The position numbers were made by a program, and so were the translations under genes. The notes beneath the pieces are model-generated. The model worked only from the letters and a program-made list of their open reading frames with translations. It was not told where the DNA came from and did no database searches. DNA of 12,174 nt from Elusimicrobiota bacterium (lineage in GTDB: Bacteria > CG03 > SLGR01 > JBDRKX01), in assembly GCA_043813605.1 (NCBI GenBank), contig JBDRKX010000016.1, forward strand, positions 1 through 12,174, read 5' to 3'. Position 1 is the first letter of the stretch, and the number at the start of each line of letters is the position of its first letter. Of the stretch, positions 1 through 6,862 are shown one piece after another.

Positions 1-551
1 ACTCCCGCTTCTTTTAATACAGGCAGCTGATTAGGAGTATCCATAAGCGCTCTTCTGGTTTCAATGAGCATCGTTTCAAACATTATCATTATATCAGCTT
101 CTGTCTTAGCAGTTTTGTATGCCGCTTCCACACCGTCCCGGACCACAGTAAGTATCGTCCCTTCCGCAGGATCAGATACGGAATTATATGCCTGTTCATA
201 TGCTTTTTTCAGAGAATACGCGATATCAAGAGAATTAAGCCTGGTTTTGCTGCCTATACCTTCAGCAAATCCTTTGAATATCTGGGATAATATGACACCA
301 GAATTCCCGCGCGCCCCCATTAGAGCGGCTTTCGCGACATTAACTGCCACTTCCGGCAGCCTATCTGTGTCACAATCGGATACAGCCCTGAGGACACTTT
401 TTAGTGTAACGCCCATATTTGTACCGGTATCACCATCCGGTACAGGGAACACATTGATATCGTTTATAGCTTTTTCATTTGCAAGAAGCCAATTGGATGA
501 CTCCTTGATGAGCCTTTTAAGCCGTTTTCCGTTTAGGTATAGTATTGCCAT
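1..551 (-). CDS. DAK2 domain-containing protein (fatty acid kinase FakA/YloV-like, possibly DAK2-DegV fusion), N-terminal part; runs off the left edge
   Basis: My translation of the minus strand from ATG at 551: MAILYLNGKRLKRLIKESSNWLLANEKAINDINVFPVPDGDTGTNMGVTL...MGARGNSGVILSQIFKGF...PAEGTILTVVR...TPNQLPVLKEAG. INVFPVPDGDTGTNM, GARGNSG and EGTILTV are diagnostic DAK2/YloV motifs. Not in the ORF track because there is no stop inside the window. Confidence 0.95.
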   Translation of the reverse strand, partial: MAILYLNGKRLKRLIKESSNWLLANEKAINDINVFPVPDGDTGTNMGVTLKSVLRAVSDCDTDRLPEVAVNVAKAALMGARGNSGVILSQIFKGFAEGIGSKTRLNSLDIAYSLKKAYEQAYNSVSDPAEGTILTVVRDGVEAAYKTAKTEADIMIMFETMLIETRRALMDTPNQLPVLKEAG

Positions 552-601
552 ATATCATAATACCGTATAACATATATACATATGTGAAAATATAATATAG
601 C

Positions 602-652
602 ATTTTCCTGGATTTTTTTAAACCAGGTACTGGTTTAAAAAAAATTTTCCTG
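602..652. repeat. Perfect 14-bp inverted repeat (613-626 / 630-643) flanked by a 9-bp direct repeat ATTTTCCTG (602-610, 644-652)
   Basis: ATTTTCCTG-GA-TTTTTTTAAACCAG-GTA-CTGGTTTAAAAAAA-ATTTTCCTG, read directly from the sequence. Confidence 0.85.
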
Positions 653-669
653 ATGTTATCCGCGTATAT

Positions 670-694
670 GAACTATTGTTCCGGAACTATTGTT
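670..694. repeat. 11-bp direct repeat GAACTATTGTT x2 (period 14), candidate regulator site
   Basis: GAACTATTGTT at 670-680 and 684-694. The first copy plus the next base gives GAAC-N4-GTTC, and the junction forms the palindrome GTTCCGGAAC (678-687). Confidence 0.8.
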
Positions 695-702
695 GCGTTA
701 TA

Positions 703-731
703 TTTACAATTTATATTGATTTTTGTAATAT
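703..731 (+). promoter_or_regulatory. Putative sigma70-type promoter for cheC-cheD
   Basis: TTTACA (703-708) - 17 nt - TAATAT (726-731). The region is AT-rich, so a chance match is possible. Confidence 0.4.
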
Positions 732-755
732 ATATTCCAAAACACGATTTTCACG

Positions 756-770
756 CTGGCACAGACTTGC
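756..770 (+). promoter_or_regulatory. Sigma54-like -24/-12 element, one base short of consensus spacing
   Basis: CTGGCACAGACTTGC versus consensus YTGGCAC-N5-TTGC. Spacing here is GG-N9-GC instead of GG-N10-GC. Confidence 0.3.
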
Positions 771-802
771 GATAAAGATATAAGAATAAAAAGGTAAATA
801 CT

Positions 803-1426
803 ATGAAAGATATAAATAGACTCAACCAGTTGGAGCTCGATGCCCTCAAGGAATTCGGAAACATCGCTTCAGGGAACGCTGCAACGGCACTCTCGCAGCT
901 TATCGGGAAAAGAATTGATATAAGTAATCCCAGCCTTGAAATCGTTCCTGTACGGGAAGCAGCCGAAATGATGGGAAAAAATGAGGAATATGTCGCAGGG
1001 ATCTATTTCCAGGTATATGGCGACCTCGCCGGAAGTATCCTTTTGACCTTTATCCGTGATGATGCCGTGAACCTGGTAAATATGCTGATTCCTCATGAAG
1101 AGATGAACAATAATATTTTAAGCCCGCTTGGCGAATCGGCTTTAAAGGAAGCTGGCAACATAATAGCCGGCGCCTATGTTACCGCTCTCTCAAAAATACT
1201 TGAGAAAAACCTCCTTCTTTCAACCCCTAGTATCGCGATAGATATGCTGGGCGCTATCATAGATTTCATTCAGATAGAAATAGACCAGGTTTCAGAATAT
1301 GTGATCGTTATAAAAATAGAATTCTTTGAACAGCAGGAAAGCATCAGGGGGAATTTTTACCTACTGCCCAATCAGCAGTTCCTCACCAATATGCTTGACG
1401 CGGTGAAGAAACTCAAGTCCTCTTAA
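803..1426 (+). CDS. cheC: Chemotaxis protein CheC (CheY-P phosphatase, CheD inhibitor)
   Basis: Two CheC active-site repeats, DALKEFGNIASGNAATALSQL and SALKEAGNIIAGAYVTALS (D/S-x3-E-x2-N), plus STPSIAIDMLGAII. AAGGT RBS at 791-795. Adjacent to cheD. Confidence 0.95.
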   Translation: MKDINRLNQLELDALKEFGNIASGNAATALSQLIGKRIDISNPSLEIVPVREAAEMMGKNEEYVAGIYFQVYGDLAGSILLTFIRDDAVNLVNMLIPHEEMNNNILSPLGESALKEAGNIIAGAYVTALSKILEKNLLLSTPSIAIDMLGAIIDFIQIEIDQVSEYVIVIKIEFFEQQESIRGNFYLLPNQQFLTNMLDAVKKLKSS

Positions 1427-1431
1427 ATCAC

Positions 1432-1920
1432 ATGGGTACTACTTACACAATAGGTATAGGAGATATGAAGATCGCTTCAGGTGATTCGGTCCTCATCACT
1501 TCAAGCCTCGGTTCCTGTATTGCTGTCATAATATATGAGCCTAAAAACAAGATCGGAAGTCTCGCGCATATTATGCATTCCGATTCTACGCAGTTTCAGA
1601 ATATCACTAATCCGGCAAAATACGCTGATACCGCTATCAGTAAGATGCTGAACACGTTTATCAATAAAGGATGTTCAATAAAAGACTTGAAATCCTATAT
1701 CATCGGCGGAGCCAACATGTTTCCCACTCTTGAAAGTTCCGTTGAAAAAAATATCGGTCAAAAAAATATCGAAGCCGCAAGGGATATCCTTAGAAAAAAC
1801 AATATAAAACTTGCCGGCAGGGATACCGGAGGGACTTACGGAAGGACAGTCGAATTTCACATCAATGATGGAACTATAACAGTAAAATCCCTTAGACAGG
1901 GCAACAATAAACTTGGATAG
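1432..1920 (+). CDS. cheD: Chemoreceptor glutamine deamidase CheD
   Basis: SLGSCIAV (catalytic Cys), LAHIM (His), KYAD, GGANMF, NIG..N and DTGGTYGRTV motifs. Starts 5 nt after the cheC stop. Confidence 0.95.
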   Translation: MGTTYTIGIGDMKIASGDSVLITSSLGSCIAVIIYEPKNKIGSLAHIMHSDSTQFQNITNPAKYADTAISKMLNTFINKGCSIKDLKSYIIGGANMFPTLESSVEKNIGQKNIEAARDILRKNNIKLAGRDTGGTYGRTVEFHINDGTITVKSLRQGNNKLG

Positions 1921-1994
1921 CGGCAAAATATCTCTAGAATATACCTGCAGTACCGAAAAAAACATTAATTGTAAATCCATATGGAGCAGGAACA

Positions 1995-2311
1995 ATGGTT
2001 GAAAAAAGACAACATCCCCGCAAAAAGAGCAGCACCCGGGTTTCGATTAAATCCTCCGGGAATACCGGCAGGGCCTGGATTGCTCCTGTTATAGATATGA
2101 GTATGGACGGTATTGCTTTTGAGATCGAAGAGAAACTGAATGAAGGTGACGATATCGAGCTTAATTCCCCCCCCTTTGCCGCCACGCTGAAAGCTACCGT
2201 AAAAGGGTAACAACAACTATAGACAAATATCTTCATGGCGTACAGTTCAAGGGACTCTCTTTTATTGATAAAAACATGCTCTATAACCTTATGGATTACA
2301 CGCTGAACTGA
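1995..2311 (+). pseudogene. Single-domain PilZ (c-di-GMP receptor) protein with a -1 frameshift between 2165 and 2207 (real lesion or sequencing indel)
   Basis: The N-part has RQHPR (RxxxR) and DMSMDG (DxSxxG) and stops at 2208-2210. The -1 frame continues RVTTTIDKYLHGVQFKGLSFIDKNMLYNLMDYTLN* (TGA 2309-2311), which is the typical PilZ last strand (GVxF) and C-terminal helix. The joined product is about 105 aa. GGAG RBS at 1983-1986. Confidence 0.85.
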
Positions 2312-2367
2312 CATGAAAGATACTTATTCAGCTTCATCCATGCTATACACTTTATAGGAACAGCCTG

Positions 2368-2975
2368 ATGGCATGGCTCACTGAATGCACCCACTGCGGA
2401 AAAAACTTCAACAGGGACATGAGATCCTGTCCATTCTGCGGCGTTGAAAATAAGAAACCTGTATCTATTATCGACCCTGTCTGCCCATCTTGCGGATGCG
2501 CACTGAAAAACCATGCATACCGGGATGAAAAACTGGATATCTGCCCCGGAGATGTTCAGGGCTGTGGCTGGACACCCCTGAATTCAGACACCTTACTTCT
2601 GAACGGGATATTTACAGTGATGGATCAGTCCCAAAGGAATTCACAAAAAAACCTCTTGAAAATGAATTTAAATACAGAAAATGTGTCCGGTGCGGCAGTT
2701 TTATGAACAGAAAGATGTTCAAGTCTATTTCGGGTGTTGTAATAGATATTTGTGCCGATCACGGGATATGGCTTGATCCCGGAGAGCTTGAACAGATACG
2801 CTCCTTTATAGCCGACGGCGGTCTTGAGAAATACCAGGAACATATGGATAAAAAGATCGAATATAACCATACCGAGATAAAGAAACTGGCACGTGAAACG
2901 GATAATATCAGATTCATTCAGAAGATGATGCACCTTTACAGTCCAAGATTCTGGTTTTTAAAACTGCTTTTTTAA
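2368..2975 (+). pseudogene. Multi-zinc-ribbon protein (double zinc ribbon plus two zf-TFIIB-like repeats) split by a frameshift at about 2545-2549
   Basis: Frame A gives CTHC, CPFC, CPSC...LDICP. Frame B from 2550 gives RCSGLWLDTPEF...KCVRCGSFMNRKMFKSISGVVIDICADHGIWLDPGELEQ. Removing 2 nt from TGCCCCGGAGATGT restores LDICPRCSGLWLD, matching the second repeat IDICADHGIWLDPGEL. The joined product is about 201 aa and explains ORFs 2368-2706 and 2703-2975. Confidence 0.85.
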
Positions 2976-3026
2976 ATAATCTGAAAATCTGCGTTAGGAG
3001 AGATAATCCAGAGGGCAACGACGCTT

Positions 3027-3401
3027 TTACAGCGCGCCGCCTATCATCGACAAAAGATCATGGTTAATTTCCATATGGTTCTTCAAAAGGTCTTCGCAGT
3101 ACACCGGCTGATCTTTCTTTCTGCCCATGCCGGTATACTCTTCTGCAATATCGATAAGAACAAAAGGCAGCCGCATTCCAATGGAGATAATCCCGGCAGT
3201 CATTTCTGGTAAATAACATCCCGCAGAAGAAAGAGATACTCTTATCCCGGGGTTGTCAAGACCTTTCATATCCGGGACAACCGGAAATGATGATAAAACA
3301 CCCATACCGGTCATTGTTTCTGCATGAAGCATAACACCATATCCCGGCATTAAAACGGACATCAAAATTGTCAGGACAGATATTGTTAAAAGCTTCTTCA
3401 T
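3027..3401 (-). CDS. Small exported hypothetical protein (124 aa), faint resemblance to the N-terminus of PorV/PorQ (UPF0164)-like beta-barrels
   Basis: AAAGGTG RBS 9 nt before ATG 3401. Signal-peptide-like MKKLLTISVLTILMSVLMPGYGVMLHA|E. The GMG...NPG...YLPEMTAGIISIGMRLPF pattern is only suggestive. Confidence 0.55.
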   Translation of the reverse strand: MKKLLTISVLTILMSVLMPGYGVMLHAETMTGMGVLSSFPVVPDMKGLDNPGIRVSLSSAGCYLPEMTAGIISIGMRLPFVLIDIAEEYTGMGRKKDQPVYCEDLLKNHMEINHDLLSMIGGAL

Positions 3402-3518
3402 AATATATAACACCTTTTATATAATTAGTAACATGGGATGCATTATATTTCAATACAATATGTATGCTTTGTTTCAGTGTAAAGGTATGTACGGGTTTTC
3501 TATCTCTAAACCGGTATT

Positions 3519-4397
3519 TTAGAAATTGTTTTCTACTATACTCTGCAGATCCATACTGTATATCTTTATAAAGATAGAAGTAATAAACAGGATCAGGAAT
3601 ACGGCGAAATTCACAGCGCTGCTGGAGACAATCTTATCCGTTCCGCCCTTCTCATGTTCGATCACCATCAGCATGTTTTTAAGAGCTGCGGGCATAGTAA
3701 GGAGCACTAACAGCGAGAACTCTGACAGGAATCCTTTTGGCACCAATACCATGACAAAAACATAGGCGGCAAGAAGCAGCATGCAGTATAGAATAGGTCC
3801 TTTTGCCGGAATTGAGGTTTTTTGATGAAAATCACGCAGATCAACGCCCAGTACGAGGGCAGAAAAGAAGAATCCTACGGGAAAAGAGAGATAAAGTACA
3901 GACATATCAAAAGTGCCTGTAAGAATGAAATACGTAGAGCACATCAGTACAGGACCCGATACTAAAAAAGCTGTTATTTCTCCCATTCCATGATACTTGA
4001 GGGACAGCGGAGGGCCGGCAAATGAATAGCATATGATCGCAAGAACAAAAATCAGGACAGCAACCGGAACGCCATACTGTCTGAACATACCGTATCCGGC
4101 AAAACACAATATAAGCAGGAACATTATATTCGAAAGTATTATCTCTCTCTTAGTGAGCATACATACTGCCGGACCCTGTTTTTTCTTTATGTCATGATAT
4201 GAGAATGTGAGACTGGCGATAAAATAGAGCGCCGTAATAGCTGCTGCAAGAAACAGAGCGTTCTTAATAATTATATTACCGTACGCATCCAGCCCTATGA
4301 CACCGGCAAGGAAAGCAACCAGAAGGATAAGAAAGTAAAAAGGCAGCTTTAGCCACCGCAGGAACACCATCACCCTTAAAAAACTCCAATTCTTCAT
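3519..4397 (-). CDS. UbiA-superfamily prenyltransferase, MenA/UBIAD1-like, with degenerate Asp-rich motifs
   Basis: About 8-9 hydrophobic segments. The MenA-type central signature YSFAGPPLSLKYHGMGEITAFLVSGP is present. The Asp-rich motif positions read FSYHD and VDLRD. Confidence 0.8.
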   Translation of the reverse strand: MKNWSFLRVMVFLRWLKLPFYFLILLVAFLAGVIGLDAYGNIIIKNALFLAAAITALYFIASLTFSYHDIKKKQGPAVCMLTKREIILSNIMFLLILCFAGYGMFRQYGVPVAVLIFVLAIICYSFAGPPLSLKYHGMGEITAFLVSGPVLMCSTYFILTGTFDMSVLYLSFPVGFFFSALVLGVDLRDFHQKTSIPAKGPILYCMLLLAAYVFVMVLVPKGFLSEFSLLVLLTMPAALKNMLMVIEHEKGGTDKIVSSSAVNFAVFLILFITSIFIKIYSMDLQSIVENNF

Positions 4398-4452
4398 ACG
4401 CGCAGCACTGGAAATAATATTTTTTTTTCCGGAATTAGCATAACGGTTTATT

Positions 4453-5691
4453 TTATCGTATCAGCTTATATTCTTTATTATTATCAAACCAATCCCTGCA
4501 AATTTTTATCTTTTCTTCCGTATATTCTTCCATTCTTGTTTTTGCCGGGAATCCCTCGATCATCTCTGAAAGCCTGTATGCCGCATATTTTTTCAGATAG
4601 AACCCGTGTACAGTGCCGGTAACACTTCCTTCAAGATATTTCTTTAGAACATCTACCGCCGCCGGCTGCCTCATATAGGACAGATATGGGAACATATTAA
4701 AGACCAGTATCTGAAGGTCTGTTTCGGTTTCTATCATCTCTATGCAGTGCGTTATCTCTTCCGGTTCCCCCATCCTGGCTAATGCAAGCCTCGCAGCCCA
4801 TCCGTATGTATTATACCATTTACCCTTTACTGAAGAGGCCTGAGCTTTTTCGTCTATCAGAAGTTTTTTCAGAAAATCCGCCCGGTCTTTCATACCGGCA
4901 GCGCCGCATGCCAGCATGATATTCCTGCCGACGGCACCGGAAGTAACAGCTTTATCCAGATGTCTTTTTAGTACCTTTATCGACTCCTCTGAAAAATCCG
5001 CCTTTCGGAAAAACTTCAGTGATTCTGAAACATGCAGGCTGACCGAACCGGAACTGTCGCCCGCAAGTTCAGCAAGTACTGCTATGACTCTTATACGCTC
5101 TTCCTCCCGTATTTCTTTAAACTGCGCCAATCCATTGAGCATCTCACACGCCATCCATCTGACATATTCTGATTTGTTTTTTGCGTATCCGTTAAGATAC
5201 GGAAAAAGCTTAAAACCGAACGATCTGACCATATCGTTATAGTTTACCGTTACCCTCCGGTTTTCTTTTACTTCAAGCATGAGTTTTTCCATCAAAGCAG
5301 GCATTTGTGAATCATCTTTATATCTCTTATATGGCCCCGTTATGTCCTTTTGTACAGGTTCCTCAAGGTCTACACGGTATGTCCTGCCTGCTTCATCTTT
5401 AACTACAAGCTTGCTGTCCAGAATAGATAGGGAAGTTATAAATATCAGGCCGGATTTTTCAGTACCCGCATCATAAACTTTTTTAATCCATTTTTTTTCG
5501 CCCGTTTGAGCATCGGCCGCATTCACGTAACCGGGTTGGCTGTGATCACATGAATATTCCACGCCATTGTGAACAACAGGCATTACTTCCTGCGGTTTCT
5601 TTTTTCCAGCGGGATTACCGGCAAGGCCGGTTGAACCGGAATATAAAATAAAAAGCGCAAACGTTAGTGTTACCCTGTTCATAAACAGCAT
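4453..5691 (-). CDS. Exported hypothetical protein: small N-terminal beta-rich domain plus helical HEAT/ARM-like region
   Basis: 412-aa ORF with a signal-peptide-like N-terminus (RVTLTFALFILYSGSTGLA). Beta-propeller-blade-like GYVNAADAQTGEKKWIKKVY. HEAT-like segments SEYVRWMACEML, LAGDSSGSVSLHVSESL, AARLALARMG and AAYRLSEM. Confidence 0.75.
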   Translation of the reverse strand: MLFMNRVTLTFALFILYSGSTGLAGNPAGKKKPQEVMPVVHNGVEYSCDHSQPGYVNAADAQTGEKKWIKKVYDAGTEKSGLIFITSLSILDSKLVVKDEAGRTYRVDLEEPVQKDITGPYKRYKDDSQMPALMEKLMLEVKENRRVTVNYNDMVRSFGFKLFPYLNGYAKNKSEYVRWMACEMLNGLAQFKEIREEERIRVIAVLAELAGDSSGSVSLHVSESLKFFRKADFSEESIKVLKRHLDKAVTSGAVGRNIMLACGAAGMKDRADFLKKLLIDEKAQASSVKGKWYNTYGWAARLALARMGEPEEITHCIEMIETETDLQILVFNMFPYLSYMRQPAAVDVLKKYLEGSVTGTVHGFYLKKYAAYRLSEMIEGFPAKTRMEEYTEEKIKICRDWFDNNKEYKLIR

Positions 5692-5760
5692 ATGTTATTT
5701 ATTTTATTTAAATTCCAAAAAATATCTAATCCTTGTATCTCAGCAGTGTTTAGCAAGAAA

Positions 5761-5801
5761 ATATTCAGTATCGGTTTGAAGAACTTTCTTATACTGAATA
5801 T
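5761..5801. repeat. 11-bp perfect inverted repeat ATATTCAGTAT / ATACTGAATAT with 19-nt spacer (possible terminator or operator)
   Basis: Arms at 5761-5771 and 5791-5801, 7 nt beyond the diguanylate cyclase stop. On the minus strand it is followed by TTTCTT. Confidence 0.6.
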
Positions 5802-5808
5802 CAGAAGA

Positions 5809-6741
5809 TCAGTCTGTTTTATCGAAAAAGAGAAGCCAGTCATTGCCGCCGACAGCTTTTATCTCATAGAGAGCGGCATCCGCGCGGCTGATGAAGTCTG
5901 ACGGAGTATCGTTCTCTTCGTATTGTGTTATCCCGATACTGAGCCGGAGTATGTCGAAACAGCATTGCTCAAACTTGCTCCTTAATCTTTCTGCGATCAC
6001 CTTTCCTGTTTCACCATCCGCTTCTGGAAGAATAATGGCAAACTCATCTCCGCCGTAACGGTATCCCGAATCCACCATTTCCCGTATGCTGTTTATTATT
6101 ATCTCCCCGAGTTTTCTGAGAACGACATCGCCTTCAAGGTGCCCCACCATATCGTTATACGATTTAAAATGATCGATATCAATAAACAGGAGCGACAGAT
6201 CGTGTTTCTGCCGCAAAGCGCGCTCCATCTCTTCGTCAAGTTTTTTATAAAAGTTCCTTTGATTATACAGGCCTGTGAGGTCATCGGTTATCGAAAGCCT
6301 GGCAAGCTCCTTGTTTTTTTCTTTAAGCTCTTTCATCAGCCTTTTGTTTTCATTGTTCAGTCTCTGTTTTTCAAGCGCCCGGTTTATAATAAGCAGCAGA
6401 TTGTTCATATCTACCGGTTTAAGGAGATAGTCGTATATGTTTTCTTTGATTGCTTCCAGGGCTGAATCCAGGCTGGCGTGACCCGTTATCAGTATTATAG
6501 AAATATCTCTATTTATCTTATTGATCTCTCGCGCCAGCTCGATCCCGGTTGTATCAGTTAACTTATAATCAACCAGTACCAGGTCATATAGATCGCTTTT
6601 AAGGATCTCAACCGCCCTGTTACCTGTTTCAACGGAAGCCACTTCATACCCCTTGTCTTCAAGTATAAATGTCAGCGTACTGGTAATACCCGTGTCATCG
6701 TCAACTATCAATATACGTTCTTTATCTTTACTTTTTTGCAT
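5809..6741 (-). CDS. Response-regulator diguanylate cyclase (REC - coiled coil - GGDEF)
   Basis: REC: ILIVDDD, DLVLVDYKL (phospho-Asp), LITGH, YLLKP. GGDEF: SITDDLTGLYNQR, DIDHFKSYNDMVGHLEGD, YRYGGDEF, RADAALYEIK. Confidence 0.96.
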   Translation of the reverse strand: MQKSKDKERILIVDDDTGITSTLTFILEDKGYEVASVETGNRAVEILKSDLYDLVLVDYKLTDTTGIELAREINKINRDISIILITGHASLDSALEAIKENIYDYLLKPVDMNNLLLIINRALEKQRLNNENKRLMKELKEKNKELARLSITDDLTGLYNQRNFYKKLDEEMERALRQKHDLSLLFIDIDHFKSYNDMVGHLEGDVVLRKLGEIIINSIREMVDSGYRYGGDEFAIILPEADGETGKVIAERLRSKFEQCCFDILRLSIGITQYEENDTPSDFISRADAALYEIKAVGGNDWLLFFDKTD

Positions 6742-6752
6742 TACAATCTAAT

Positions 6753-6780
6753 ATTTTATCAATGAATCCGCAAAAATCAA
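6753..6780 (-). promoter_or_regulatory. Putative sigma70 promoter with extended -10 for the diguanylate cyclase; near-leaderless transcript
   Basis: Minus strand TTGATT (6780-6775) - 16 nt - TAAAAT (6758-6753), preceded by TGn. Only 11 nt separate the -10 from ATG 6741, and there is no SD. Confidence 0.5.
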
Positions 6781-6829
6781 CCGTACTTGTCATTTAAAAA
6801 ATATATTGCTGTACAAAATATGCTTTTAG

Positions 6830-6856
6830 ATGTAAAATCATCAATGTAAAATCATC
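6830..6856. repeat. 13-bp direct repeat ATGTAAAATCATC x2 (period 14)
   Basis: Copies at 6830-6842 and 6844-6856, in the divergent intergenic region, ending 6 nt upstream of a predicted -35. Confidence 0.85.
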
Positions 6857-6862
6857 TTGTTA

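Noticed and set aside
64..570. 168-aa plus-strand ORF in the track
   Set aside because: Antisense shadow of the DAK2-domain gene, whose hallmark motifs are on the minus strand.
768..775. TGCGATAA as a sigma28 -10 box upstream of cheC
   Set aside because: Only a partial match to GCCGATAA, and there is no TAAA -35 at the required spacing.
2313..2357. 14-codon ORF between pilZ and the zinc-ribbon gene
   Set aside because: No RBS or recognisable features; expected by chance.
2703..2975. 90-aa ORF as an independent gene (ATGA overlap with 2368-2706)
   Set aside because: Its frame is open back to 2529 and encodes the missing RCSGLWLD and CVRC motifs, so it is the 3' part of one frameshifted gene.
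3490..3516. Imperfect hairpin TACGGGTTT-N9-AAACCGGTA after the MenA-like stop
   Set aside because: Short mismatched stem with no adjacent U-tract; too weak to call a terminator.
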